IMG/VR virus record: IMGVR_UViG_3300017911_000967
Coordinates: 32,942 to 96,941 of that record
Strand: one strand, 5' to 3'
Source: a virus
Taxonomy: Duplodnaviria; Caudoviricetes
Length of the DNA stretch: 64,000 nt
The notes under the pieces: generated by a model
Databases searched by the model: none
The model's input: the letters and a program-made list of their open reading frames with translations, nothing else
What the model was told of the DNA's origin: nothing
Program-made: the position numbers and the translations under genes
Part shown: positions 1-11,808 of the stretch, in pieces
How the letters are laid out: every line of letters begins with the position of its first letter
Numbering within the stretch: the stretch's first letter is position 1

Positions 1-4
1 ACAG

Positions 5-547
5 TTGGAGTCAGATGTCAAGAACTTTGATGCGAAAAAAGAACTCGAAGATCAACTCGACTCGATACAGAATGATATTATCACAGAGATAGGGGAGTTG
101 TCAATACCTTTGCCGTCACCTTTTAACATTAGTATTAACGATATGATGGGAGGAGAGATCGAAGGTAAGGTGCAGTGTCTGGAAGATAAGATACACCAGA
201 TGGTCACAGCAGCGAGAGACTGGAAGACAATCACTATGAAGGAACTGTTCAACATCTGGTTACGTAAGATCAAGAAGTTCCTGTCTGCGATCGGACTGGG
301 GAAACTGCTGGACTTCCTAGACCTTACACTGTGTGATGTCATGGGACTGGTGGGGTTGCCGATGGAGATAGAGATCCCTCTACCGGACCTCTCCATTATA
401 GGAGGGGGCCCCCTACTTATGGCGCTTGAAAGGGTCCCCCACGATATGGGGGGTTTACAACTCCCAAGTTTAGATGACATCAAAATCCCCGATACAGAAA
501 ACATGACCGAAGAAGAATTCCAAGAATTTATCGATGGTCTGGTATAA
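5..547 (+). CDS. Hypothetical protein, C-terminal part (probably truncated by the window start), upstream of gp25
   Basis: Frame is open from the window edge; acidic/hydrophobic 180 aa with no recognised motif; its stop overlaps a late promoter. Confidence 0.6.
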   Translation: MESDVKNFDAKKELEDQLDSIQNDIITEIGELSIPLPSPFNISINDMMGGEIEGKVQCLEDKIHQMVTAARDWKTITMKELFNIWLRKIKKFLSAIGLGKLLDFLDLTLCDVMGLVGLPMEIEIPLPDLSIIGGGPLLMALERVPHDMGGLQLPSLDDIKIPDTENMTEEEFQEFIDGLV

Positions 548-550
548 ATA
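543..550 (+). promoter_or_regulatory. T4-type late promoter TATAAATA
   Basis: Exact gp55 consensus just upstream of gp25. Confidence 0.8.
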
Positions 551-577
551 GAACAAAACACATTTCAGAGATCCACA

Positions 578-1021
578 ATGGCGACCACAGTATTCTCATT
601 AGAAGACAAGGACATTACCAAGCGTCCTATTACAAGTTCAAGTGCAGCGGAGAACTCCGACCTAGACTTGTCCTTTAGTGTGACCCCAAAAGGAAACCTC
701 TATAAGAAAACGTCGGTTGCATCCGTGAAACAGTCTATAAGAAAACTGTTGTTAACCAATCGCGGTGATATTCCGTTTCAACCATTGTTAGGCGCAGACC
801 TGAATCGTATTCTCTTTGAACTCTCTGCGGATCTAGATGAAGATGACATTGAAACGATTGTGACTGAGACGATACGACGTTACGAACCACGTGTGGGTAA
901 GTTAGAGGTGAGAGCAGATATGAGAGAAGATCAGAATGCATTGACCTTATACATTGTGTTTCAGATTGTAGAGAATTTAAGAACAGAGACGATGGAAGTG
1001 TCCATCTCAAGGATACGATAA
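578..1021 (+). CDS. gp25: Baseplate wedge subunit gp25
   Basis: DLDLSF...SVKQSIRKLLLTNRGDIPFQPLLGADL..LFE...IRRYEPRV motif; directly precedes gp6. Confidence 0.92.
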   Translation: MATTVFSLEDKDITKRPITSSSAAENSDLDLSFSVTPKGNLYKKTSVASVKQSIRKLLLTNRGDIPFQPLLGADLNRILFELSADLDEDDIETIVTETIRRYEPRVGKLEVRADMREDQNALTLYIVFQIVENLRTETMEVSISRIR

Positions 1022-2841
1022 TGGCAGTGAAGACAACCAACCTAGACTTTTTAGAGATCAAACAAAGTCTAAAACAACACTTTAAGAAGTATGATGACTA
1101 TAAGGACTATGACTTTGAAGGTTCGGGTCTCGCAAGTATTATGGATGTACTTGCCTATAATACTCATGTGAATGGTTTAATCGCGAACATGGCGATCAAT
1201 GAGTCATTTCTTAGTTCGTCACAATTACGTTCCAGTGCAGTCAGTCATGCGGAGACTCTGGGGTACACACCGAAGAGTAATACGGCATCGACGGCATACC
1301 TAGATCTCAGACTCACCACCGATACGAGTTCTATTCCTCAAAAAACCGTTCCGGGCGCGCCCAAAAAAATCGCGAAAGGACATGCATTCTTCGCAGAGGT
1401 GGGGGATACATCATACCGATTCGTAGCAACCGATGATACTTCGGCCGTCGGTAATGTATTCTCAGACGGGACAATCATCTATGACTGGACAGGCATCGAA
1501 GTCAAGGAAGGAACCTATCGCGAAAAAACCTTTTTAGTTTCATCCGAAACAGATGCCGTGTATGTTATACCAGATGTCAACGTAGACGTGTCTACAATGG
1601 TCGTCACGGTCTCGGAGAACGCAACTACCGATGAAGAGGTGTCATACTCTAACATCCTGTCAGTCGCAAGTATCACTCCAGACTCGCGTGTCTATATGAT
1701 CAAGGAGATCTCGAACGGATACTACGAGATGTTCTTCTCTGACGGTAATGTATTAGGACAGGCGCCCGCAGTGGGTTCGGTCATTAGAGTCTCATACCTA
1801 CAGACACTGGGTGAGAAGTCAAACGGTGCGGTGAACTTCAGTGCAGATCGTCTAGATGGTTTACAACTGAGTGTGACGAATACTACAGAAGCAGGCGGAG
1901 GTTCTGGTAAGGAATCCCTTGATTCGATTAAACGTAACGCACCAAGAGCGTTTGCTGCACAACAACGTTTGGTGACTGCCGAAGATTATGCGGCAATGAT
2001 TCAATCGAACTACGGAAACGATATTCAGAATGTGATCGCATGGGGTGGTGCAGATAACCAGCCACCACAGTATGGTAAAGTATTTGTCAGTCTAGATTTT
2101 TATGATGGGGTCCCATCTCAGAGACAAGACGCTGTAAAGGAATCCATTATATCAGATTTGACTTCGCATCTTTCTATTATGTCAATAGACACAGAGTTTG
2201 TCAACCCAGAGAAGACTTATCTCGAAATCAATACGGTTTTCCAGTTAGACGCAGTCTCTAAGATTGATACGCCCGAAGGACAAGCGAGTACGGTCATGCA
2301 GTTTATTGTTGACTATGTAAAAGACAACCTTGGAACCTTTGGTTCGGTATTCCGTCGTTCCAATCTACTCAGTGAGATTGACTCTATCCATCCTAGTATA
2401 CTCAACTCGCGTATGGTGGTCAAGGGTCAACAACGCATTACTGTGATAGAACCATTACCAATCAGTCATGTAGTTAACTATCCGTTTGCACTGGCGTCTC
2501 CAGACAAGGACACTCATACTGTTACGACATCTTCTTTCTTATGGCAAGGAAAAAATGTTGTCATTAAAAATGAATTAGGGTCCCATAAATTACAGATCTT
2601 TAACCTTGATGGAGATCTAGAGTTTGGTAACATTGGTCATTATGATGAAGCAAAAGGTCAGGTTCTAATCAGTGCATTAGAAGTACAGACAAACGACCTG
2701 CCTGTAGAGATCAAGATCTCAGTAGTCCCAGCAAACTCATCGACCATCCGACCATTACGTAACTATATCATAGAACTTGATGAGAGTGTGTCGACAACTC
2801 GTGCACTTGTTGATGAGGGAACAATTAAGGTCTCACTATAA
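1021..2841 (+). CDS. gp6: Baseplate wedge subunit gp6
   Basis: [11 protein letters not shown]...[19 protein letters not shown] and [32 protein letters not shown] motifs. Confidence 0.95.
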   Translation: MAVKTTNLDFLEIKQSLKQHFKKYDDYKDYDFEGSGLASIMDVLAYNTHVNGLIANMAINESFLSSSQLRSSAVSHAETLGYTPKSNTASTAYLDLRLTTDTSSIPQKTVPGAPKKIAKGHAFFAEVGDTSYRFVATDDTSAVGNVFSDGTIIYDWTGIEVKEGTYREKTFLVSSETDAVYVIPDVNVDVSTMVVTVSENATTDEEVSYSNILSVASITPDSRVYMIKEISNGYYEMFFSDGNVLGQAPAVGSVIRVSYLQTLGEKSNGAVNFSADRLDGLQLSVTNTTEAGGGSGKESLDSIKRNAPRAFAAQQRLVTAEDYAAMIQSNYGNDIQNVIAWGGADNQPPQYGKVFVSLDFYDGVPSQRQDAVKESIISDLTSHLSIMSIDTEFVNPEKTYLEINTVFQLDAVSKIDTPEGQASTVMQFIVDYVKDNLGTFGSVFRRSNLLSEIDSIHPSILNSRMVVKGQQRITVIEPLPISHVVNYPFALASPDKDTHTVTTSSFLWQGKNVVIKNELGSHKLQIFNLDGDLEFGNIGHYDEAKGQVLISALEVQTNDLPVEIKISVVPANSSTIRPLRNYIIELDESVSTTRALVDEGTIKVSL

Positions 2842-4601
2842 TGGCGATACAAATCGACGACCGTCGAAATCATGTTGCGTTACATTCGAATACGGTAAGG
2901 AATGCGCTACCTGAATTCTTCGTTGAACAATACCCAGAGTTTATTCAGTTCCTTGAAAGATACTACGAGTATATGGAAGGGAACGAGAGTGGTTCGTTTT
3001 CAAAACAGATACAGTCATTATATAATGTACGTACTATCAGTAGCATCAACGGGTCCCATCTAGACTCACTACTTGCAGAACTTGCAGAAGGGATTCAGTC
3101 AGACACATTCTATCAGAACCCTCAGTTGATGGCAAGACTTCTTGCAAACTTTTATCGTGCGAAGGGTACAGAACAATCGGTAGAACAGTTCTTCCGTGGA
3201 TTCTTCGGCGACACCGTAGAGATTGACTATCCGAAACGTAACATCTTTATTCTGAACGACAAGCCAGGTGGGTCTCTTATCGGACCAGAGAGTGTCAAGT
3301 TTATTGTTGACAATAAGAAGTATCAGATCTTCTCTATCTTATTGAAGACGGGAATGAGTCTCATAGACTACGAAGCAATCTATAAGAAGTTTGCACATCC
3401 CGCTGGTTTCTATCTTGCGGCAGAAGTGGCACTATTGTCACATGCGGTCATCGGTGTTCGTGCGGGTCCTACTACAGATCCACTAGAGACACCGAACTAT
3501 CCAGTGCCGGTAGGATCAGAAGTGGGTGGTATCAATCTACGTTCTACGTTTGCATTGATGACGTTGCGTGAAACGGATCCAGAAGACATCACATTTATTC
3601 TAAGTGCGTTAGAGACGTTAGAACGTTATGACGATATTACCATTGAACGTCTTGCAGAGGTTTATACAACAATCGCAGATTGGGCGTCGACTCGATCGTT
3701 CAGAATGAGCAACGATGAGATCCTCATGTCCGAAGACTTCGAGTTACTTGATGGAGGTGCGGCAGAGACTACGATTGATTTAAGTGTAGGGACTCCTACA
3801 AAACTTGAACCACCTCAACCTATGCCGACTCCAGATCCAGAACCTGAACCAGAACCTGAACCAGAACCTGAACCAGAGCCGGGTCCAGAACCTGAACCAG
3901 AACCTGAACCACAACCTGAACCAGAGGATGATCTGCCGGATAACGTAAGTCATTACAGATCGACATACCCAGAGTATTCATGGGAACAGTGGATACCGAC
4001 TCTTAGGGTTACGGTCAAGTGGAACGATGAAGTGATCTATGATATCACAAATCATGAAGACGGTTGGCCTACAAGACTGATTGGTCCAGATGGTCGCATT
4101 TATGAACGTGGTGATCAGGAGTCTTCTTATGGAAATGGAAATATGTTTGGTGTACTTCGTGTGGGTCCAACACCAGAACCGGAACCAGAGCCGGAACCAG
4201 AGCCGGAACCACAACCAGAACCACAACCAGAACCACAACCAGAACCTGAACCAGAACCACAACCAGAACCTGAACCGCAACCGGAACCTGAGCCGGAACC
4301 TGAACCGGAACCTGAACCGGAACCTGAACCAGAACCGGAACCATCGGACATACGATACTCTAAAGACTCTCCAAGATTCTATTGGTATCATGCAAACTTC
4401 TTCGACCCAAGAGATCGGGAGGCTATGGTCTACACGGCAGTCTATTGGGATGATGAGCTAATATTCTCAGGGAGTGGAATAAATGGAAGATCTTCTTATA
4501 CTATTGGTGGTGTGACCTATGTGCGTAGAGATCTAAGAGACTCTCAATCATATGGTTCTCAACAGAATCTGATTGAATGGTACGCCATCGAGAAATCTTA
4601 A
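2841..4601 (+). CDS. gp7: Baseplate wedge initiator gp7-like protein with Pro-Glu linkers and two small C-terminal domains
   Basis: [32 protein letters not shown]...FF, HPAGF motifs of marine T4-like gp7; position after gp6. Confidence 0.75.
   Translation: MAIQIDDRRNHVALHSNTVRNALPEFFVEQYPEFIQFLERYYEYMEGNESGSFSKQIQSLYNVRTISSINGSHLDSLLAELAEGIQSDTFYQNPQLMARLLANFYRAKGTEQSVEQFFRGFFGDTVEIDYPKRNIFILNDKPGGSLIGPESVKFIVDNKKYQIFSILLKTGMSLIDYEAIYKKFAHPAGFYLAAEVALLSHAVIGVRAGPTTDPLETPNYPVPVGSEVGGINLRSTFALMTLRETDPEDITFILSALETLERYDDITIERLAEVYTTIADWASTRSFRMSNDEILMSEDFELLDGGAAETTIDLSVGTPTKLEPPQPMPTPDPEPEPEPEPEPEPEPGPEPEPEPEPQPEPEDDLPDNVSHYRSTYPEYSWEQWIPTLRVTVKWNDEVIYDITNHEDGWPTRLIGPDGRIYERGDQESSYGNGNMFGVLRVGPTPEPEPEPEPEPEPQPEPQPEPQPEPEPEPQPEPEPQPEPEPEPEPEPEPEPEPEPEPSDIRYSKDSPRFYWYHANFFDPRDREAMVYTAVYWDDELIFSGSGINGRSSYTIGGVTYVRRDLRDSQSYGSQQNLIEWYAIEKS
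3831..3926 (+). repeat. Coding (PE/PQ)n tandem repeat, linker 1
   Basis: ccagaacctgaa-type 6/12-bp units. Confidence 0.9.
4173..4343 (+). repeat. Coding (PE/PQ)n tandem repeat, linker 2
   Basis: ccagaaccggaa/ccacaa units. Confidence 0.9.
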
Positions 4602-4637
4602 TAAAAATAAATACTACTATTTTAAAGGGACAGACTA

Positions 4638-7600
4638 ATGTCAAGAAAAATCATTAATACAGGAACGGGAGTTAACGACGGGTCGGGTGACACGCTTCGT
4701 ACTGCCGGTGAAAAAATTAATGACAACTTCGCTGAGATCTATAGTCTTATAACAACCGACAGCGGGATTACATTACAAGAGATAACTGACTTAATCAATT
4801 CGTCAGTCCAAACCTCTATTGATGATATTGATTTTAGTGAGATTGTTTCAAGTGTTGATTTAATTGCAAACGTAGTTGCGCAACAAGGTCTTCACGATAA
4901 TATCATTAATAGTTTAAACGCAGACGTACAAACCCTATTGGCTGGTGGTGGTGCAGTGGGACCACAAGGTCCTGTTGGTCCACAAGGTGGAGTTGGTCTT
5001 CAAGGTGGGGTTGGTCCTCAAGGTAGTCCAGGCGCACAGGGTTTCCAAGGTGTCCAAGGTAACCCAGGCGAGATGGGACCTCAAGGCGCCCAAGGTGCTC
5101 AAGGTTTTCAAGGTGTCCAAGGTAACGTTGGAGAAATGGGTCCACAGGGTGCACAAGGCGCTCAAGGTTTTCAGGGGGTCCAAGGTAACGTTGGTGAGAT
5201 GGGACCACAAGGTGCACAGGGCGCTCAGGGTTTCCAAGGTGTTCAGGGCAACGTCGGTGAGATGGGACCGCAGGGCGCACAGGGTGCTCAAGGTTTTCAG
5301 GGGGTCCAAGGTAACGTCGGTGAGATGGGACCACAGGGTGCCCAAGGTGCGACTGGATTCCAAGGTGTGCAGGGCAACGTTGGAGAAATGGGTCCTCAAG
5401 GTGCACAGGGTGCAACCGGATTCCAAGGTGTTCAGGGCAACGTCGGTGAGATGGGTCCACAAGGTGCACAAGGTCCTCAAGGTTTCCAAGGTGTTCAAGG
5501 TAATGTCGGTGAGATGGGTCCTCAAGGTGCCCAAGGTTCAACTGGTTTCCAAGGTGTTCAAGGTAACGTTGGTCCGTTAGGTCCTCAAGGTGCCCAAGGT
5601 TCAACTGGTTTCCAAGGTGTTCAAGGTAACGTTGGTCCGTTAGGTCCTCAAGGTGCACAAGGTCCTCAAGGTTTTCAAGGTGTTCAAGGTAACGTTGGTC
5701 CACTAGGTCCACAAGGATCTCAGGGCGCACAAGGTTTTCAGGGGACACAAGGCAATCCAGGCCCACTAGGTCCACAGGGATCTCAAGGTGCTCAGGGATT
5801 CCAAGGTCTTCAAGGTAACCCAGGCCCACTAGGTCCACAGGGATCTCAAGGTGCTCAGGGATTCCAAGGTCTTCAAGGTAACCCAGGCCCAAGAGGACCA
5901 CAGGGACAACAAGGCGCAACAGGTAACAGAGGTGCGACGGGTAACGTTGGTGAAGTAGGACCACAGGGTCCTCAAGGTTCTCAGGGTTTCCAAGGTGTCC
6001 AAGGTGAGGTCGGTGACAAAGGTCCACAGGGATCTCAGGGCGCACAAGGTTTCCAAGGTGTCCAAGGTGAGGTCGGTGACAAAGGTCCACAGGGATCTCA
6101 AGGTGCTCAAGGTTTTCAAGGTGTAACCGGAGAGGTTGGTGATAAAGGACCACAGGGTTCTACCGGACCGATGGGTTCACAAGGTGTAACTGGAGAGGTT
6201 GGTGATAAAGGACCACAGGGTTCCACTGGACCAACAGGTTTCCAAGGTATCACGGGTAACCCAGGCCCACTAGGACCACAGGGCGCAACTGGTGCTACTG
6301 GTGAACGAGGATTGCAAGGCCAACCCGGCCCTGCGGGACCTCAAGGTGTAACTGGTGCTCAAGGTATTCAGGGACAGACCGGACCAGAAGGTCCAAGTGG
6401 TGCACCAGGCGATCCTGGCCCTCAAGGTCCAGCAGGAACTACTCCAGGCCCTCAAGGTCCAACGGGTAACACTGGAGAACCAGGCCCGCAAGGTCCAGCA
6501 GGAACTACGCCTGGCCCACAAGGACCTCAAGGTAATACGGGTGAACCTGGCCCACAAGGTCCACAGGGAAGACAAGGTGCAACTGGACCAGATGGTGTTC
6601 AGGGTGTTCAAGGTCCTCAAGGACAACAAGGTGTAACAGGATCTATTGGTGCGCAGGGTCCACAGGGACAACAGGGTCCTCAAGGTAGACAGGGCGCCAC
6701 TGGTTTTGTTGGACCACAAGGTGCTATCGGAGATCAAGGTCCTCAAGGACGACAGGGTGCTACTGGTGTCGTTGGACCACAAGGCACTACTGGTGAAACG
6801 GGACCACAAGGTTTTCAAGGTTCTACGGGTCCAGTTGGTCCACAGGGTGTCACCGGAGATCAAGGTCCGCAAGGTAGACAAGGCGCTACGGGTTCAGTCG
6901 GTCCACAAGGTGTTACCGGAGATCAAGGTCCTCAAGGACGACAGGGTGCTACGGGTCCAATTGGACCACAAGGGGTTCAGGGACAACAGGGTCCTCAAGG
7001 CAGACAGGGTGCCACTGGTGTTCTAGGTCCACAGGGAACGCAAGGTCCCCAAGGACAACAAGGTATTCAGGGACAGACAGGTAATGTTGGTCCACAAGGT
7101 GTTACCGGAGATCAGGGACCACAAGGTAGACAAGGCGCTACGGGTCCAGTCGGACCACAGGGGGTTCAAGGTCAACAAGGTCCGCAAGGTCGCCAAGGTG
7201 CGACAGGTAATGTGGGTCCGCAGGGTATCACTGGTGATCAAGGACCGCAGGGTCGCCAAGGCGCTACGGGTCCAGTCGGACCGCAAGGCATAACTGGTGA
7301 CCAAGGTCCACAGGGAAGACAAGGCGCAACTGGTGTCGTTGGACCACAGGGTATCACTGGTGATCAAGGACCGCAGGGTCGCCAAGGCGCTACGGGTCCA
7401 GTCGGACCGCAAGGCATAACTGGTGACCAAGGTCCGCAGGGTCGTCAAGGTGCAACTGGTGTCGTTGGACCACAGGGTGTGACTGGTGATCAGGGTCCTC
7501 AAGGACGACAGGGTGCTACGGGTCCAGTCGGACCACAGGGGGTTCAAGGTCAACAAGGTCCACAGGGAAGACAAGGTGCAACTGGTGTCGTTGGACCACA

Positions 7601-8786
7601 AGGTGTGACTGGCGACCAAGGCCCACAAGGTAGACAAGGTGCGACAGGTAATGTTGGACCACAGGGTGTCCAAGGACAACAGGGTCCACAGGGTCGCCAA
7701 GGTGCAACAGGTAATGTTGGACCACAAGGTGTTCAGGGACAACAGGGACCACAAGGCAGACAAGGTGCAACAGGTAATGTTGGACCACAGGGCGTACAAG
7801 GACAACAAGGTCCTCAAGGAAGACAGGGGGCGACAGGTAATGTTGGTCCTCAAGGTGTTCAGGGACAACAGGGTCCACAGGGTCGCCAAGGTGCAACTGG
7901 TAATGTTGGTCCTCAAGGTGTCCAAGGTCAACAAGGACCACAAGGTAGACAAGGTGCAACAGGTAATGTTGGACCACAAGGTGTCCAAGGTCAGCAAGGT
8001 CCTCAAGGAAGACAAGGTGCAACTGGTGTCACTGGTGCTCAAGGACAACAAGGTCAACAGGGTCCTCAAGGTAGACAGGGTGCCACTGGTGTCCAAGGTC
8101 AGCAGGGTCCACAAGGTAGACAGGGTGCCACTGGTGTCCAAGGTCAGCAGGGTCCACAAGGTAGACAGGGTGCCACTGGTGTCACTGGTGCACAAGGTGC
8201 TCAGGGACAACAGGGACCACAGGGTCGTCAAGGTGCAACTGGTGTCACTGGTGCTCAAGGTGCACAAGGTGCTCAGGGACAACAGGGACCACAGGGTCGT
8301 CAAGGTGCCACTGGACCAGATGGTGCGCAGGGACAACAGGGTCCTAGAGGTCGCCAAGGTAATCAAGGTCAACCAGGCCCAGACGGTCCTCAAGGTGCAA
8401 CAGGTGTTGCGGGTGTAACTGGTCAACAGGGTCCAGTCGGTGGATTCGGTAACGCAGTATTATTCAATACATCGACTTCGTTCCCATCGAATGTAAACGC
8501 AACAGCCTCCAGTGGAATTAAATCTTTCCGCACAGTTGATAAGATCTTTATCGGTGACGTTTGGTGGCACATCAATACGGGTCGAGTATTCAGATCAACA
8601 TCAAATGTGACTGGGTCAGGAAACGCTAACTTCACAGAGTTGACTAACAACCAAGGATTTGTTGATATGAGTGGTCTCCTAAATACAGGGACATCACCTA
8701 ATGAACGAATTGAGTTTTCGTCAACGTCTATAGACATTTATGATAACAGCAATAGTTTGAGGGTGAAGATCGGTAAGTTGAACTAA
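4638..8786 (+). CDS. Giant collagen-like fibre protein with gp9/gp10-like N-terminal baseplate anchor
   Basis: N-terminus [31 protein letters not shown] resembles the T4 gp9/gp10 N-terminus; ~389 Gly-X-Y triplets; C-terminal IYD...LRVKIGKL. Confidence 0.88.
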   Translation: MSRKIINTGTGVNDGSGDTLRTAGEKINDNFAEIYSLITTDSGITLQEITDLINSSVQTSIDDIDFSEIVSSVDLIANVVAQQGLHDNIINSLNADVQTLLAGGGAVGPQGPVGPQGGVGLQGGVGPQGSPGAQGFQGVQGNPGEMGPQGAQGAQGFQGVQGNVGEMGPQGAQGAQGFQGVQGNVGEMGPQGAQGAQGFQGVQGNVGEMGPQGAQGAQGFQGVQGNVGEMGPQGAQGATGFQGVQGNVGEMGPQGAQGATGFQGVQGNVGEMGPQGAQGPQGFQGVQGNVGEMGPQGAQGSTGFQGVQGNVGPLGPQGAQGSTGFQGVQGNVGPLGPQGAQGPQGFQGVQGNVGPLGPQGSQGAQGFQGTQGNPGPLGPQGSQGAQGFQGLQGNPGPLGPQGSQGAQGFQGLQGNPGPRGPQGQQGATGNRGATGNVGEVGPQGPQGSQGFQGVQGEVGDKGPQGSQGAQGFQGVQGEVGDKGPQGSQGAQGFQGVTGEVGDKGPQGSTGPMGSQGVTGEVGDKGPQGSTGPTGFQGITGNPGPLGPQGATGATGERGLQGQPGPAGPQGVTGAQGIQGQTGPEGPSGAPGDPGPQGPAGTTPGPQGPTGNTGEPGPQGPAGTTPGPQGPQGNTGEPGPQGPQGRQGATGPDGVQGVQGPQGQQGVTGSIGAQGPQGQQGPQGRQGATGFVGPQGAIGDQGPQGRQGATGVVGPQGTTGETGPQGFQGSTGPVGPQGVTGDQGPQGRQGATGSVGPQGVTGDQGPQGRQGATGPIGPQGVQGQQGPQGRQGATGVLGPQGTQGPQGQQGIQGQTGNVGPQGVTGDQGPQGRQGATGPVGPQGVQGQQGPQGRQGATGNVGPQGITGDQGPQGRQGATGPVGPQGITGDQGPQGRQGATGVVGPQGITGDQGPQGRQGATGPVGPQGITGDQGPQGRQGATGVVGPQGVTGDQGPQGRQGATGPVGPQGVQGQQGPQGRQGATGVVGPQGVTGDQGPQGRQGATGNVGPQGVQGQQGPQGRQGATGNVGPQGVQGQQGPQGRQGATGNVGPQGVQGQQGPQGRQGATGNVGPQGVQGQQGPQGRQGATGNVGPQGVQGQQGPQGRQGATGNVGPQGVQGQQGPQGRQGATGVTGAQGQQGQQGPQGRQGATGVQGQQGPQGRQGATGVQGQQGPQGRQGATGVTGAQGAQGQQGPQGRQGATGVTGAQGAQGAQGQQGPQGRQGATGPDGAQGQQGPRGRQGNQGQPGPDGPQGATGVAGVTGQQGPVGGFGNAVLFNTSTSFPSNVNATASSGIKSFRTVDKIFIGDVWWHINTGRVFRSTSNVTGSGNANFTELTNNQGFVDMSGLLNTGTSPNERIEFSSTSIDIYDNSNSLRVKIGKLN
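4950..8456 (+). repeat. Gly-X-Y collagen repeat region ([18 protein letters not shown] blocks)
   Basis: Continuous triplets with only two single-residue interruptions (GTTP near 6434 and 6501). Confidence 0.95.
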
Positions 8787-8793
8787 TTGATAT

Positions 8794-8813
8794 CCCCCCC
8801 GCAAGGGGGGTTT
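8794..8813 (+). terminator. Hairpin CCCCCC-GCAA-GGGGGG plus short T run
   Basis: GNRA-loop stem right after the collagen stop codon. Confidence 0.5.
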
Positions 8814-8828
8814 AACCATAGGTATATA

Positions 8829-9383
8829 ATGTTTACTATAATTGAAGATTTTTATTCTAACCCAGATGCGGTTAGAGAATACGCCCTTAGTCAAGAGTTT
8901 AATGTTACAGGAAACTACCCAGGCCTCAGAACACAACCATGTTCTAATGAAGGTGGTTATCACGAACATCTAATCGAACACTTCCAATCCATCATAGGGA
9001 AAGAGATAACCCACTTCCCTACTGATAATTACAATACCGCATTCCAGTATACAACACAAGACTCTCGAACGTGGATTCACCACGATGAGATGTCTTACGC
9101 CGCAGTCATATACTTAACTCCCGACGCTCCACTAGATTCTGGTACTGCGATCTATCGCCATCGTCCCACTGGGATTATGCGACATGGTCCAGGCGTTGCA
9201 ATTGACTTCAACGAGTTTGAGTTCTTAGAATCAGACTGGGAGATGGTCGCAGAGGCAAAGAACATTTATAATCGCATGGTCATCTATGACTCGATGTATT
9301 ACCATCGCAGTGTAGTGCCCGGCTTTGGAACTGACCAATACAACGGTCGACTGTTCCAGACATTCTTTTTTGATGCGGAGTAA
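8829..9383 (+). CDS. 2OG-Fe(II) oxygenase-like protein (DUF6445-type)
   Basis: IIEDFYSNPDAVR..YPGLRT, WIHHD (HxD), AAVIYLTPDAP..SGT, YNRMVIY..YHRS, RLFQTFFF; ATG at 8829 preferred over 8787. Confidence 0.8.
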   Translation: MFTIIEDFYSNPDAVREYALSQEFNVTGNYPGLRTQPCSNEGGYHEHLIEHFQSIIGKEITHFPTDNYNTAFQYTTQDSRTWIHHDEMSYAAVIYLTPDAPLDSGTAIYRHRPTGIMRHGPGVAIDFNEFEFLESDWEMVAEAKNIYNRMVIYDSMYYHRSVVPGFGTDQYNGRLFQTFFFDAE

Positions 9384-9385
9384 TT

Positions 9386-10264
9386 ATGAAACTATTGACA
9401 ACCCTACTGACTTCTAATGACATTCCAAAGTTAGAGAGACTAATCAGATCTGTACAAAACGTTGTGAAAATATATCCCATCGAATGGGAAGTGGTGATTG
9501 TGGTCAATACCATTCATGAAGGATATTACGAACAGGTACTTGAGATAGACCAACCATTTCGTATCGTCAACACAGAGAGTAATGGTAAGCCGGGAATGGG
9601 CAAGAATGCATGTCTCGAAGTTTTCTTACAGAGCGATGCGGACTATGTTTCTCAGATTGACGGAGACGACTTCTTGTATCCTTCCTATCTCCAATCACTG
9701 TACAATCACATCAAACACTTCCCATGCATAGATGTCTTGGGTGTGATACCGTGCGACTGTATCTGTGACTACGCATTGCAGTCCGGTCACCGATGGTGGG
9801 TTAACGATGAATACCATGCGAGTGTGTGGGGAACTTCTATGTGCGCACCCGCCGATAACATGGGACCGCAGGTCAGTCATCTGTTTATAGATGAGAGACC
9901 AGTCTCCGTAGACTTCATCATTCTACAAAGCCGAAAGTCTGCGCAACATAGATTCAACACAGATATAGGTAATGGTGAAGATCACGCATACACCTACAAA
10001 CTTTTGGGAGAACACCAGAAAGGAAATCTCTGTTACTTCTTGTCAATGTCCAGCGACCTCTATTGTATCGACAGGACGACGGAGGGGAGCGCCCAGAAGG
10101 TTCACGACTATGACGAATACCTTGGACCTCTAAGAGAAGAGGCTTTGCGTCATGTCAGTCACCACAGAAGTAGTCCATATGAACTGCCTGTTATCTACAA
10201 AGAGTTATTGATGAATCACCTACAGAAAGAGACTTGGTTAAATAATTTTCTGAGAGACTCGTAG
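9386..10264 (+). CDS. GT-A fold glycosyltransferase (GT2-like)
   Basis: VVIVVNT, GKNACL, QIDGDDFLYP (DxDD), GED motifs. Confidence 0.75.
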   Translation: MKLLTTLLTSNDIPKLERLIRSVQNVVKIYPIEWEVVIVVNTIHEGYYEQVLEIDQPFRIVNTESNGKPGMGKNACLEVFLQSDADYVSQIDGDDFLYPSYLQSLYNHIKHFPCIDVLGVIPCDCICDYALQSGHRWWVNDEYHASVWGTSMCAPADNMGPQVSHLFIDERPVSVDFIILQSRKSAQHRFNTDIGNGEDHAYTYKLLGEHQKGNLCYFLSMSSDLYCIDRTTEGSAQKVHDYDEYLGPLREEALRHVSHHRSSPYELPVIYKELLMNHLQKETWLNNFLRDS

Positions 10265-10270
10265 AATCGT

Positions 10271-10278
10271 TATAAATA
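10271..10278 (+). promoter_or_regulatory. T4-type late promoter TATAAATA
   Basis: Exact consensus upstream of gp8. Confidence 0.8.
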
Positions 10279-10309
10279 TGAAATATTATTTCTATTCAGG
10301 AAAGATGAA

Positions 10310-11800
10310 ATGCCAGCTATTGTTAGACAATCATTGCGAACCTCACTTGCGAAAGATCTTTTAGCGAGTGTCCTTGGTCCCGAGTCTGACTACTACATCG
10401 GTATCGGCAAGTCTGATATCTTTGGTACAGACGATACGGTTCCGGCACCTATAGATTCTTCAGCAGAAGAAAGAGAGTTCAGAAACAATCTACAGTCCAT
10501 AAAGAAAGTCGAAGGCGCAGTAATGGTCACTCGCCGATACAACTGGACTAATGGTAACAAGTATCAGGGATGGGACGACAGTGTCTCACAAACAGGAAGT
10601 GAGTTTCCGTTTTATGTGATGAATGACGCAAAGGAAGTATACCTTTGTTTGTCACATGGTGTTGACGACACAGGAGCACACCAACCATCAACAGTAGAAC
10701 CGAACTACTATACGGACGCAGAACTAGATGTAACTCTTTCACCACCAGAACCGATGCAGTGGAAACCATTTACTCTATCTGACGGTTACACGTGGAAGTA
10801 CATGTTCTCTCTGACTCCTGAAAACATTTACACTTTCCTATCATCAAACCACATTCCAGTCCAACCTTTACAAGAGCCCGTAGACAGTAATGGGACGGGA
10901 CTTATCTACGGTGACTCTATTGAAGATCTACAATGGCATGTCGCAGCTAATGCGGTCGGTGGTCAGATTATCAGTATTGTAGTCACCGATGGTGGAAGTG
11001 GATATAATCCAAATGTCCCACCAACTGTAAAGATTGAGGGTGATGGTACTGGAGCATCCGCAACCGCAGTCGTTGATCAAAATGGACAGGTCGTAAGAAT
11101 TGATTTGGCATATCGCGATACTGTTGGGGATCTTGAGACTAGAAAGACCATCACATCATACGGATCAGGATATAGTCGTGCGGTAGTAACTATCGAAGGT
11201 GGTAATGGTGAAGGTGACGCAGATGCAAAAGCCCGTCCAGTCATTACAAGTTCTGTTGGTCTAGGTGCAGACGCTTCTTCTGATTTAAAAACAAGTTCAG
11301 TCCTAATGACGATCAAACCAAATGGAGATGAGAACAATAGGTTTATCTTAGAGAACTCGTTCCGACAGATTGGTATCCTCAAAGGTCCTAAGAAACAGGA
11401 CGGACAACCTTACACCGGAGCCGGTGACAAGTGTCTATCATCATTCACTTTAAATAACAATGCTCCGTTTGACCACGGAGAGTTAGTCGAGGCATCTTCA
11501 CCATCGGGTGACAGTAACACTCTTGTACCAACTGGTGCGATCGCATACGTGGATGAGGTTAAAGACAAGACGGTTTATTATCACCAGAACATGACTACGG
11601 GATTTGTTCCTTTCAGTCCCAATCAAGCTGTCACTCAGTTGGGAACAGGCGACGCTGGTAAATCTGGAGTCATTGACTTCGTTACTGTCACTTACGGAAT
11701 CGACCGATACACTGGTGAAGTATTATACATTGAGAACCATCCGCGTATTCGTCGCGATGCGGAACAACAAGAAGATATCAAAGTAGTCATCACGGTCTAG
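10310..11800 (+). CDS. gp8: Baseplate wedge subunit gp8
   Basis: YYIGIGKS, RRYNWT.G..Y, FYVMND..VYLCL, DGYTWKYMF, FRQIGI, GEVLYIENH.RIRR..EQQEDIKVVI. Confidence 0.9.
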   Translation: MPAIVRQSLRTSLAKDLLASVLGPESDYYIGIGKSDIFGTDDTVPAPIDSSAEEREFRNNLQSIKKVEGAVMVTRRYNWTNGNKYQGWDDSVSQTGSEFPFYVMNDAKEVYLCLSHGVDDTGAHQPSTVEPNYYTDAELDVTLSPPEPMQWKPFTLSDGYTWKYMFSLTPENIYTFLSSNHIPVQPLQEPVDSNGTGLIYGDSIEDLQWHVAANAVGGQIISIVVTDGGSGYNPNVPPTVKIEGDGTGASATAVVDQNGQVVRIDLAYRDTVGDLETRKTITSYGSGYSRAVVTIEGGNGEGDADAKARPVITSSVGLGADASSDLKTSSVLMTIKPNGDENNRFILENSFRQIGILKGPKKQDGQPYTGAGDKCLSSFTLNNNAPFDHGELVEASSPSGDSNTLVPTGAIAYVDEVKDKTVYYHQNMTTGFVPFSPNQAVTQLGTGDAGKSGVIDFVTVTYGIDRYTGEVLYIENHPRIRRDAEQQEDIKVVITV

Positions 11801-11808
11801 GATAAATT

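Noticed and set aside
3978-4461. Overlapping ORFs (FRFW, VPVQ, NQNH, GSGC repeats)
   Set aside because: Alternate-frame readings of the Pro-Glu linker
4906-8426. Long antisense and alternate-frame ORFs (415, 467, 259 aa etc.) over the collagen gene
   Set aside because: Expected shadows of a stop-poor periodic sequence; no RBS or promoter support, and low-complexity products
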